The translations under genes and the position numbers were made by a program. A stretch of 64,000 nucleotides of DNA, taken from a virus. Below are positions 24,861-35,591 of the stretch, piece after piece; the stretch's first letter is position 1; every line of letters starts with the position of its first letter. The notes beneath the pieces are model-generated. The model was not told where the DNA came from. It made no database searches and worked only from the letters and a program-made list of their open reading frames with translations. The DNA is taken from the IMG/VR virus record IMGVR_UViG_3300011005_000062, positions 1 through 64,000 of that record; one strand, 5' to 3'.

Positions 24861-25282
24861 AATTTTTATTCATTACTTTTAAAACTTTTTCAACTAATTC
24901 AGTAAAATCATTATAATAATATTCTATTTCATTTTCTCCTGCACTATGTCCATGATCCCAAGCAGCTTCAAAAATTATTTTACGTACTTCAAGTGGAAAA
25001 TTGCCATAAGTAATATTATTAAAAATTCTTTCCTTTTCCGCATGAATTTCTGCCATCTTTTGAGCAATAGATTTAGTATTCATTTATAATTACCTCTTTT
25101 TTCTATTAATTACTTGATTTCAGTAACTTCAGTAACATAATCATACTTAAATTCATTTTCAATACCCCACTTATCGAGGGCTTCAGATGCATCCATAGCT
25201 TCAATAACAGTCTTCTTTTCAACAAAATCAAAAACTGCAACAACTTCAAACTTCTTCATTTATAATTACCTCTTAGATTTAG

Positions 25283-25322
25283 TTTATATTATAATATAAT
25301 AGGTATTTTGAAGAAATAAACT
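25283..25322 (-). promoter_or_regulatory. Candidate phage promoter (same motif)
   Basis: Minus-strand copy of GTTTATTT...CTATTATATTATAATATAAA. Confidence 0.55.
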
Positions 25323-25440
25323 AATTTTTAATATAATTTTCAATTATAAAAATACAACAAAAACCAGTTTGTAAATTTAGGAATCAAAAATTTACAATAA
25401 AATTAAGTTAGCAGCTTAACACCTGGTTTATAAACAAAAA

Positions 25441-25515
25441 TGGCTGCTTCTCTGGGCATCGAACCCAGCTCGCACGGCTTAACAGGCCGGCCGCACCCCC
25501 TGTGCGTTAGAAGCA
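25441..25515 (-). tRNA. tRNA-Asn(GUU)
   Basis: TGCTTCT/AGAAGCA acceptor, loop CTGTTAA, T-arm CTGGG-TTCGATG-CCCAG, encoded CCA. Confidence 0.88.
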
Positions 25516-25837
25516 GTAAAAACTGGCTTTTTAAATGTGCACGCTTTAAAATAACGTAAGCCACCCCGGATAATCTAATAGAAACTTCTTCATCAGGAGT
25601 TACCACATTCCCTCATATTTCTATCCCCATCTATTCCTCAAGATTATCATCTCCTGGACGGTTTAGGCAGCCCTATGTAAGAGGTAACCTCTGCCCGTAT
25701 TCTAAAAATTAATTCCTATTCCATAGATTGACTAGATCTTGGAAAGATCAATAAATTTGGAATTCTAAGTTTTCAATCAATAATATAGATTTCCAAATCC
25801 CATCAAAAATAACTGAAATAAGATTAGTCAGTCTTAT

Positions 25838-25913
25838 TCCCATCACCATGGACTCGAACCACATCCATGCCACACCCAGGGGCCGCTCTACCGATTAAGC
25901 TAAATGACACATT
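25838..25913 (-). tRNA. Degenerate tRNA-like element, possibly tRNA-Pro
   Basis: TTTAGCTTAATCGGTAGAGC D-arm, TTCGAGT T-loop and TGGG in the anticodon region; stems are imperfect. Confidence 0.4.
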
Positions 25914-26439
25914 ATTCTTAATGAATCTTATCGGAATCTTATTTAATTTTCAATTAGCTTCATTTTATATTTATAATATAATCATAAAAAAATAAAAATA
26001 AACTAATTTTTTAAAAAATTATCCAAAAAAGTCAATTAAATCATTTTTAGAAATAGGTGTAGGTTCAGTAGACCATTTTGGAATTACTGGAGAATTATTC
26101 TTTGGATCAAGCTGAATATACCTAATAAGATTTAAAGTATAATATTTACGATCTTTATCAATTAGAAGGAGTTTAGTTTTATTTTCTCTATTAATAAAAG
26201 AACCAATTGCATTAAAACATGGATCACTATTTTTAGCTGCTACTTCAGCTTCAGCTTTTTCTTTAGCTTCACGTTCTTTCATTTCAGCATAAGTCATAAC
26301 TTCATGATTATCATTTTCCATACCCATAATAATACTATTCCTTTCTTTTTGGTTTTACTTCTATATTTAATAATAATCATTAATACAATAAAATAAACAT
26401 CTAAAATAAATAATATTAAATATTAATAGAAAATAATAT

Positions 26440-27066
26440 ATGAAATATCAATTAACAAAATTCAATAATATATGCAAATTATTACTTGAAAGTTTTAAAA
26501 ATAATAGTTTTGATATATTAAATTCTAATAATTTTCCTAAAGCACATAAATATAATAATTTTCCAGAAGGTAATGATATAGATATAACAAATGAATTAAT
26601 TAAATATAAATTAAACGATGATATTTCAAAAGTAATATTAGATAAACATTGTATTAAATCAGTAAAAGATGATGAAATACATGGAATAAATTATATAAAT
26701 TTACCAAAAGCTAGATTTTTTAAATTTGTAACAAAATGTATTAATACTTCATTAAATAATTTAATTAAACGTAAAAAACCGATTAACTTATACTATGACT
26801 CATTTAGAGTTGAAGAAGAGTTTAAAGATTTAAATACTGGATATGAATTTAAAATTGGATTTAAATCTGAGGCAAAATCTATATGTGAAATTGAAATTAG
26901 ATTAATAACTATTTTTTATAGTAATACTCATCAAAATAGAGAAAAACGAAAAATAGAAACATCTAATGGAAAACAAACTTCATATATTACTCAAAAATTA
27001 TTTTTAGAAAATATTAAATTATCAAATGATATATTAATTAAATCAATTAAATTCTTTTTTATCTAA
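26440..27066 (+). CDS. Hypothetical protein related to the 47705..48318 gene
   Basis: Shares KYNNFPEGNDIDITNE, HGINYINLP and RFFKFVTKCIN with the second copy. Confidence 0.6.
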   Translation: MKYQLTKFNNICKLLLESFKNNSFDILNSNNFPKAHKYNNFPEGNDIDITNELIKYKLNDDISKVILDKHCIKSVKDDEIHGINYINLPKARFFKFVTKCINTSLNNLIKRKKPINLYYDSFRVEEEFKDLNTGYEFKIGFKSEAKSICEIEIRLITIFYSNTHQNREKRKIETSNGKQTSYITQKLFLENIKLSNDILIKSIKFFFI

Positions 27067-27837
27067 ATAACATTTTGTAACTTGTAATGCATTAGAATCA
27101 TTTAATACTTCATCTAATTCTGTTTTTATACAACCTATTTTAGTTATTTTATTATTTTTACTATCAGTTAAAATAACATTACAAATTGAAATAATTAAAT
27201 CATTATCATTTATAATGAATTTAATTTGTTTTTTAGTAAAAAATTTTTGAATGGTTTCATCAATAAAAACTTGTTCTTTATTATTTTCATATTTAATATT
27301 ATCTTTGAAATAATTTTTAAATCTATCAAAATTTTTAATTATATTATTTTTTAATTTTTTCATTTATAATATTACCTATTTTTTAATCTAAATGTTATGA
27401 AATTTACTTAATGATGAATTAATAATAAGTCTAAAAAACGATTTATGCGATAAATTTTCTATTCCTTTTTTAATCATATCATTTGAAAAAACATAGCAAA
27501 TACCAATATAATTATTATTAATTTTTTTAATTGGAATAAAAATACCAATTTGATTATTTATATTTATTTCATAAAATATAAGCCTAAAATATTTAAATCT
27601 AAAATTAGTACAATCAAAATCAACTATTTTTTTTATTTATATCTATAGTTGAAAATGCAGATATAAAGTCTTTTTTAATACTTTGATATATAGAATCATT
27701 ATACCATTTAGTATTTTTTAAAAATTTATATATATTTTTAATTTTTAACATCATTTTTTACCATTAATATAATTATTTTTATTAAAATTACTATTTAATA
27801 ATAATCATTAATATATTAAAATAAATAAAAATTACTA

Positions 27838-28275
27838 TTAATATATTACTTTTTTTACTTCAGACTTAGTTAAACGAACATAATCGTTTTTAGTTGCAAA
27901 ATAATATATAAGTTTTTCTTTTTGTGCAGTAGTAATTAAAGTTTCACTATCTAATATAGTTACACTGCAAGTCATTATACTATAATCTTGCATATTTTTT
28001 ATTTCTTTTTTAGTTAAACTTATACAACCTAAAAATACAACTTTAAACAACCATTTGTTAAAATATTTTGATATAGGTTGACCAAATATATATTCTTTAC
28101 CTATAATATATTTTTTAAGTTTATGTTTATTAAAATCATTAGATAATCTTTCAATAAAACTAAATCTATCAGTATTAACTAATATATCTTTATACTGATG
28201 ATCATTATAAATCTTATCTAATACATACGTATAGTCATTTAATACAAATTTTGCATTTACTTTATCTGTGTTCAT
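27838..28275 (-). CDS. Hypothetical protein, MNTDKVN family (tandem paralogs)
   Basis: MNTDKVNAKFVLNDYTYVLDKIY...KVVFLGCISL; similar proteins at 28262..28672 and 29088..29495. Confidence 0.6.
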   Translation of the reverse strand: MNTDKVNAKFVLNDYTYVLDKIYNDHQYKDILVNTDRFSFIERLSNDFNKHKLKKYIIGKEYIFGQPISKYFNKWLFKVVFLGCISLTKKEIKNMQDYSIMTCSVTILDSETLITTAQKEKLIYYFATKNDYVRLTKSEVKKVIY

Positions 28276-29548
28276 ATTTATCTTTTATTAAGTATAATTT
28301 ATTTAATAAAACTATACAATAGTCATTCTTTATATTACTTTTTAAACCAAAATGAAATATATTATCATATTCATATGGGTTATTTGATTTCATATGTAAA
28401 CAACCTAAAAATGTTGCATTACTACATTTATATCCATTATCATATATATATGTATTACCAATAACTAACCTATTTAGCATTTTATACTGATTAGAATTAT
28501 TATATGTATTTTTTATTAAAATAAAATCATTATTCAATCTTTCAACAAAATCAGAAAAAGATAAAGATGAATCAAATAAAAAATATTCTCGAATATCTTT
28601 ATATATTTTTTGCAAAGTTAATAACATATTGTCATTTAATATTAAATATCTATTTACTTTATTAGTATTCATTTTACTTCTTTTATTAAATATAGTTTAT
28701 TTAATTGAACAGCACAATAATCATTTTCTATCATAGTTTTTGCTTTTATACCAAATGCACATATATTAGCACAATCAAGAATATTATTTGATTCAATATG
28801 TATACCACCTAAAAATATAACATCATAAATTAAAGTACGATTAGTTTTTTTTATATGGATAAACAAAAGTATATGTATTACCTATAATTAACTTATTTAA
28901 CATTTTATATTGATTATGATACTTATTTTATATATATATAAAATCAGTATATAGTCTTTCAATAAAATTAGAATATGAAATTAAATTTTCAAATGGATAT
29001 ACTTCTTGAATATCATTATATATTTTTTGAATGGTTAACTTATAATCATTTAATATAAAAGATATATTTACTTTATCTATTTGCATTTTAATTAACTATC
29101 TCTTTAACTTTATTATTACATTGAACTAAATCCATTATTGTAAAATTATTTGATATATCATTATGTACAGCAAACACACATAATATACTGTTAAATATTG
29201 TATCTTTAATATTACATGGTTCATATTTAATATTTAAACAACCTAAAAATGTAACTTTAATCTCATCCTCATAAATATATTGTTGACTAATTACATAATT
29301 ACTTAATATAGGTTTATTTAAAATAATATCCAACTTATTGTTACGTATATATTGATAATCATTAAATAATCTTTCAATTAAACCTGAATAAGTCAAATAT
29401 ATATTAAATTGATACCATAAATATTTTTGTAATTCTATTAAATTTAATCTATAATCATTTAAAATTAAATGGTTATTTAGTTTAGTTGTATACATATTCC
29501 AATTAATACAATTTCATATAAAAACAATTCTATTATTAAATTATAATA

Positions 29549-30484
29549 TTATTTTTCTGAAAGTAAATGAATTTTCCACTTTTTAACAGCATTATATGAA
29601 ATATTATATAATTTTGCAATTTCTGGAATTGATTTAGTTTTAAGTAAATTAATTTTTTCTTCATTAGATATTTTTATTTTTCTTGTATTTTTATACATAC
29701 ATTCTGTTGAACAATATTTTTGATCTTTATTTTTAATTTCTTTTCCACAAATTAAACAATAATGAATTGAAGATTTAATTTTTTGAATTCCTTTCTTTTT
29801 ATATCCAGAATCAAATTTATTAAATTCATAAATAGGTATATCTTTTAATTCTATTAAATCATTTATAAAATCTAAATAATTTTGTTGTTGAATAAAATAA
29901 ATTTTTACATTAGGATTTTGATCTAAAACAGCATCCATTTTTATTTTATCTTTATCTGAAAAATATCCTTTTACTTCAATGTATTCATCATATTCAGGTA
30001 AATAAAAATCTGGATTATATGTTTTTTGTATATCATCAATAAAATAGTTTAAATATTTATTTCTTATCCATAATATATTTAATTCATTTAATTTTTGTGC
30101 AATATTATATTCCCATAATCCTCTAACAATAAATTCTTCATTTTTAACATTTTTAACTTTATACCATTTAATATCTTTAAATCCGCCCGAATTTTCAGTA
30201 TTTGATAAATAATCTGATCTAAGTTTTGAAAGTTTTTCTTTTGTTTCTTTTGAATGAGGAGATCTTTTAACTTTTATTTTTCCATTTATATAATTTTCAT
30301 GGAATTTATTAGAAGCATTTTTAATACGTATATCGGTTTCTTTTGTTAAACCTTTATTCCAAACACAGCTTGGTTTCCAAGAATTCCAAATTTTTCTATT
30401 TGGATTTTGTTTACATCTAACTTCATGACAACCAAGTGATAAATTTGATTTACACTCTTTTCCACAATATTGACAATATTTCAT
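29549..30484 (-). CDS. Homing-type endonuclease with zinc-finger/NUMOD-like regions and PD-(D/E)XK core
   Basis: MKYCQYCGKECKS, SCVWNKGLTKETD, SPHSKETKEKLSKL, YNPDFYLPEYDEYIEVKGY, second CLICGKEIKNKDQKYCS. Confidence 0.85.
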   Translation of the reverse strand: MKYCQYCGKECKSNLSLGCHEVRCKQNPNRKIWNSWKPSCVWNKGLTKETDIRIKNASNKFHENYINGKIKVKRSPHSKETKEKLSKLRSDYLSNTENSGGFKDIKWYKVKNVKNEEFIVRGLWEYNIAQKLNELNILWIRNKYLNYFIDDIQKTYNPDFYLPEYDEYIEVKGYFSDKDKIKMDAVLDQNPNVKIYFIQQQNYLDFINDLIELKDIPIYEFNKFDSGYKKKGIQKIKSSIHYCLICGKEIKNKDQKYCSTECMYKNTRKIKISNEEKINLLKTKSIPEIAKLYNISYNAVKKWKIHLLSEK

Positions 30485-30573
30485 AATTATTTTTACCTTT
30501 ATTTTTATAATGTCATTACTGGTGACATTATTATTTAATTTAATTCAATTAATTATTTATTAAAAATAAAAAA

Positions 30574-30601
30574 AGAATTCAAATTATAACTAACTTGAAT
30601 T
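30574..30601. terminator. Hairpin terminator-like element
   Basis: gaattcaaattataactaacttgaattc, perfect inverted repeat next to an A tract. Confidence 0.6.
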
Positions 30602-30641
30602 CTTATTAATTGAAAGGCCAGTAACCTTTCATAATTTTTAC

Positions 30642-30967
30642 TGGTCCTCCGGGATGGAATTGAACCATCTACCCGATGCTTATCAAACTCAATTACTTTC
30701 TTAAACCAACTGCAATTTCATTTGGAGTACACCACTACCATATTCATTACTGAACTTAGGTCTCTGCCGTCTACTCTCTCCACATTCCACAAACATTAAA
30801 TTTGTGTTAGCTCGGCGGTTCTCACAAGTCATTTATCTCTTGTGCATTCCCCGACTTTGACAGAATTCACTTTAATCATTTCTAATTAAAGGCTCTTTTT
30901 CTATATCAGTTGTTGGTACTCATATAGTTATAAAAGGCATCTGCTCTCACCGGTGAGCTACCGGAGG
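30642..30967 (-). tRNA. Intron-containing tRNA, probably tRNA-Ile(UAU)
   Basis: Acceptor CCTCCGG/CCGGAGG, D-arm GCTC..GAGC, anticodon stem GATGC/GCATC, T-arm GATGG-TTCAATT-CCATC, CCA. A roughly 250 nt insert (about 30684..30933) splits the anticodon loop after CTT, ends with G, and is group I-like. Confidence 0.75.
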
Positions 30968-31075
30968 TTATTTAATTTTTAATCAACATTCATTTTATAT
31001 TTATAATATAAATAAGTAAATCAAAAAATAAACTGAATAAATAATAATATATATTAAAAATTTTGGTAAACTGGT

Positions 31076-32452
31076 ATGAATGCTTTTGACAAAGCTTATT
31101 TGAATATAATAAATGAATGGAATTCTAATCTTTTATTAGAGGCTAATATAAAGTCTTTAACATCTAATATTCAGCAAAGATTAATAGGTAATAAATCATA
31201 TCAAGAATTAAATGATGAAGAAAAAGAAGAATTACAAGATGATATAGATGCAACATTAAGATATATAGAACGTAAAGTAAATGAAATAACAGATAATAAA
31301 CAATATCAAAGTTGGATATATAATATATTAAAATCTAATGAAATTGATTATAAAGATATGAAACCTATATCTAACGCATTATTAGATTTTAATAAATTAA
31401 ATAAAAGACCAGATTTAAAACCACAACAAAAAAATATTCAAAATTACTCTACTTTAAATGAGTTAAATGAATTTATTGATAATTTTAAAACTGAACATAA
31501 ATTACAAACAAATATATATAAAAAATTAAAGAAAGTTTATAAAAATTCTGAATTTACAGTATATTTCATTAATAAAGATCAATATATAGAATGCAATAAA
31601 TTATTTGGTGGTATAGATTATTTTAATACAGGTTGGTGTGTAGCTAAAAGTGAAGAACATTTCAATAACTATATATATGCTGAACCAGATAAATTTAATG
31701 GATATTTTGCATTTATAAAAGATAATAAACCATTTGCTCTCTTACACTATGGTAGTGGTCAATTTAAAGATACTTCAGATGATACGTTAAAAGATAATAA
31801 TCCAAATATTATTGATTGCTTATATAATATAGATAGTAGTTTAAATTCATATGTAGATAATAGAGATTTATCCTATTATAAAGAATTTATAGAAGAAAAA
31901 TGGCTGCAAGCTAATCCTAATAAATCTAAAGAAGAATTTATTGCATATTATATTGGTGGAAAATATAATAAAGAAACTAATACAATAAATTGTAATGGTA
32001 ATAGCTTTAAATTTAAAGATGAATGGTTTGATGAAAATGGCACTTTTAATTTTACCTTTACCAATACATCAGATACCTTAAATCATATGTTTTTTAATTG
32101 TAAAAAATTAAGAACGTTACCGAATAATTTTACTATTCCAGAAGGTACTAAATATTGTGTAGAAATGTTTGATGGTTGTGTAAACTTAGAAAAATTACCA
32201 GATAATTTTACTATTCCTAAAGGTGTTATAGATTGTACATGGATGTTTAGAGAATGCAAAAAATTAAAAGAATTACCAGATAAATTTACCATTCCATCTT
32301 CTGTTCGTGCTTGTCCATGGATGTTTACTGAATGTGATTCATTAGAAAAATTACCAGATAACTTTTCAATACCAAAATTTTCAATACATAATGATATATT
32401 TACATACACTCCAATTGAAACAATTTACGATATAGAAGATTTACTAAAATAA
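31076..32452 (+). CDS. BspA-like repeat protein (paralog 1)
   Basis: MNAFDKAYLNIINEWNSNLLLEA leader, FNTGWCVAK, repeated LPDNFTIP units. Confidence 0.75.
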   Translation: MNAFDKAYLNIINEWNSNLLLEANIKSLTSNIQQRLIGNKSYQELNDEEKEELQDDIDATLRYIERKVNEITDNKQYQSWIYNILKSNEIDYKDMKPISNALLDFNKLNKRPDLKPQQKNIQNYSTLNELNEFIDNFKTEHKLQTNIYKKLKKVYKNSEFTVYFINKDQYIECNKLFGGIDYFNTGWCVAKSEEHFNNYIYAEPDKFNGYFAFIKDNKPFALLHYGSGQFKDTSDDTLKDNNPNIIDCLYNIDSSLNSYVDNRDLSYYKEFIEEKWLQANPNKSKEEFIAYYIGGKYNKETNTINCNGNSFKFKDEWFDENGTFNFTFTNTSDTLNHMFFNCKKLRTLPNNFTIPEGTKYCVEMFDGCVNLEKLPDNFTIPKGVIDCTWMFRECKKLKELPDKFTIPSSVRACPWMFTECDSLEKLPDNFSIPKFSIHNDIFTYTPIETIYDIEDLLK

Positions 32453-32506
32453 ATTTATATTATATATAATAATATATAATTATTTTTTATTTAAAAATAT
32501 AGAAAT

Positions 32507-33110
32507 ATGAGTAATCAAATAGTTTTCTGGACAAGTTATAGTGATAATAATATAGATGTATTCAATAAAAGTCTACAAAATCATGAAAGATATTGTAATC
32601 TTCATAATTATGATTTAATTAATTACAAAGAACCATATAACAAATACATTGATACACAACGAATATTAGACCTTTTAGAAAAATATGAAATGGTTATTAG
32701 TTTTGGTACAGATATTATTATAAAACGTATGTTTGATCCAATTGAAATGTATATAAACAATTATACTCGGTATTACCATGTGTAAAGAATTTAATCCGAG
32801 ACAAACTTTAAACCGGAGACTTTATCATATATCCAAAATGTGAAGAAACTTATAAAATATTAGATTTTATTAAAGAACATCAAAATAAATATAGTGATCG
32901 GTCAACATATTTTAAATGAATTAGCAAGTAAACAATTATATAAAATTTATGAATCACTATATTTACAAATTGCTGCTCCAATTATGAATCCAAATGTGGA
33001 TTATTCTTCGGTAAATTTAAACAAATTTCTTTCTTTTCATTATCATACTATGCGGTGGTTATCCTTTACCAAAAAAGAAATTTGAATTCATGGAAAAAGA
33101 TGTTAAATAG
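32507..33110 (+). CDS. Glycosyltransferase-like protein, about 199 aa, requires four CGGN four-base codons
   Basis: Sites CGGT 32768..32771, CGGA 32814..32817, CGGT 32899..32902, CGGT 33053..33056. Inter-site distances are 42, 81 and 150 nt, all multiples of three. Product: ...MVISFGTDIIIKRMFDPIEMYINNYT-G-ITMCKEFNPRQTLN-G-DFIIYPKCEETYKILDFIKEHQNKYSD-G-QHILNELASKQ...FHYHTM-G-GYPLPKKKFEFMEKDVK*. Confidence 0.85.
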
Positions 33111-33146
33111 CAAGTTGTATAAATAATTGATTAAATTTATCCATAA

Positions 33147-33350
33147 TTAATTAATTCCAAAATATTCTTTTAATGTAATTGATGAATCTATAGCAGATTC
33201 AGCAAATATTGGAGTACCTTCATTTTTTGCTTTATCATAAAATGAAAATACTTTTGTTACTATATCTTTTGGCTGTTTAACAGAACAAAATTTATGAAAT
33301 TCAGCCACAGTACAATTTAAAAAATCTTCATATGTATCAATTTTAATCAT
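33147..33350 (-). CDS. Small hypothetical protein
   Basis: MIKIDTYEDFLNCTVAEFHKFCS; resembles 54127..54336 (TYEEFLKIPKEEIDKI). Confidence 0.5.
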   Translation of the reverse strand: MIKIDTYEDFLNCTVAEFHKFCSVKQPKDIVTKVFSFYDKAKNEGTPIFAESAIDSSITLKEYFGIN

Positions 33351-33464
33351 ATATTTTAATTCATTTATTTTTATATTATTATAATAATATTTAATTTTAA
33401 TTTTTAAATATTGTTTATTTTATTAAAAACTTGAATTCATGGAAAAAGATGTTAAATAAAGAGG

Positions 33465-34424
33465 TTATTGCTTATTAGTTTCAGTTAACAATTCCCAATA
33501 ATTTTCTCCATATTTTTCTTTTGCATATGTTAAATATATTTCCATATCTTTTTTAAATAAAATTTTTAATTTTAAATCTTTAGGAAATTGATCAAATTTT
33601 GCTTGTACTTTATCATTCATACAACCTTTTATTTCTATATATGTATCATTTATTATAAAGTCTGGATAATATCTTCTTTTTTTATCATCTAAAATGTATT
33701 CAAATCCGAGTTGTATTTCTTTCAAATTTAATACCGATGTTCAATATTATATATTACAAATGCTAACTCCCAACTACTATCACACCAATATCCTTTATAC
33801 CATCCTTGTTTAAATCCTTTTGTAGTTTTTCCTATTCTAAAATGAGTCATTCCATTAACTATTTTATCTATTTCTTTAGAAGTATGTGTTCTACCAGACC
33901 ATGATGGTTTTAATTCTCCATTTTTATATCTTTGTGATAATCTTTTACCTCTTTCTTTAAGTAATTGATTATTATATTTTGTTAAACCTTTACTCCAACC
34001 TTGTCTTTGTCTGCTTTCTTTTGTATATTTATTAGCACATAATTTTCTATTAAATACTTTTCCATTTTCTGAATACATTGATTTTATAATTTCTGAATTC
34101 TTTTTTCTTAAAGCCGGACATTGTGCAGAAAATGGATGGCAACACCATTTACCATTTTTTAATTGATATTCTGCATATTCACCACAATATGCACAAATAT
34201 AAGGAGTAATATTTATAGATTTATCAATTTTATTAGGATTATCTTTTAATTGTTTATACCCTAATTCTTTTGTAGCATTCCATTTTTCTTTAGTTTTTAA
34301 AGAAATCTGCTTTCTTTTTTCAGGACAAGATGCTTGATTTTTTGAACAACACCATTTACCATTTTTAAATTGATATGTAGCTGGTTGACCGACAATAAAC
34401 ACATAAATGTTCTTTTTCTTGCAT
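33465..34424 (-). CDS. Homing-type endonuclease, 318 aa, requires three CGGN four-base codons
   Basis: Starts ATG at 34424 with AAGGAAA upstream: MQEKEHLCVYC-[CGGT 34388..34391]-QPATYQFKNGKWCC...YNIEH-[CGGT 33733..33736]-IKFERNTT-[CGGA 33705..33708]-FEYILDDKKRRYYPDFIINDTYIEIKG. All intervals are multiples of three. Confidence 0.88.
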
Positions 34425-34550
34425 AATAAAATTTCCTTATTTTAGATTTAGCATATTATTATTTATTAATTTAAAATAAAAAACGCCATTAATAATTAAG
34501 GAAATTTCCAAAAAGATCGCTAAATCTATTATTAATGACGTATAATATTC

Positions 34551-34680
34551 TGGTACCGGGAACGGGAATCGAACCCGTATGGATTTCTCCGACAAATTTT
34601 GAGTCTGCAAGTAGTTGGTAATCAACAATTTACACCATTAATTGGACTATCTCACACCATACAATATTTCTATTGTTTAG
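34551..34680 (-). tRNA. tRNA-like 3' half, possibly tRNA-Leu(CAA); 5' half unresolved, next to intron-like sequence
   Basis: T-arm ACGGG-TTCGATT-CCCGT, TCCCGGTACCA end, candidate loop CTCAAAA; conserved-looking structured sequence at 34680..34800. Confidence 0.4.
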
Positions 34681-35591
34681 GTTCTCGGACGCTCTAGCTG
34701 GTTATTAAGATCACTCTGATAATTTATCAAGATCTCCAGTAGTCTCTGCACGTTTCTAAAATGTATTTTAGAAGTCGCTCAGGAACGGTAATGGTACCTT
34801 CTTCTGAATTCACCCGATGTTATTATGTTTGTTTTACTGTCTTAGGCAGTTATCCCCTTATAGTTTCCTTATAAGGCGCAGCGGACATATATTTTTTATT
34901 ATTGCGTCTGCCTATTCCGCCATCCCGGCATATTTAAAAGAATTATTAATAAAGTCTTTTCAACTCCTTACTGGAATTAATAACCATTATCTATGTCTCT
35001 ATACTCGCTTGAACACGCCTCACTCATATTTCAGAGAACTACATAGTTTTCTAATTACTCAGTATTGAAAAGTAATGTTATAGTTTAGTTCAAGAGATGT
35101 TTGCCATTCATTGATTAGGCAACGGCATCGCATCAATAACCTGCTCCACTCCTCTTGGAATATCAATATAACCATTTTCATCTGGACGCACGTGAATTAC
35201 CTTTTACAGTAACACTCTCGGGTGTTTATACCTTTTGCAAAGTAATAACAACAATATTACATATGATAATTATTATTATACTTTTACTAATATTCACAAC
35301 GAATGGAATAATTTTTACTTTATCAACATTCTTTTTATTTAATTTTCAATCAACCCTATTAAAAATCAAATATTATTCATTAGCATACGTTTATTTAAGG
35401 CCGGCTTACTTTTAGGAATAAATTCCACATATACACCTTAAAATATTTCTATTATAAGGACGACTCAACCGGTAGTCGCTTGAATAATATTTAATTTTCA
35501 ATCAGCTTCATTTTATATTTATAATATAATAAAGAAAAAGTAAAAATAAAAGAATAAATAATAATATATTGAAAAAATTTTAAGGATTTTT

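Noticed and set aside
25403-25606. ORF of 67 aa on minus strand
   Set aside because: It overlaps the tRNA-Asn gene at 25441..25515; translation is incidental.
34817-35068. Plus-strand ORFs near 34817..35415
   Set aside because: Lie in a tRNA/intron-like noncoding region; no protein-like features.
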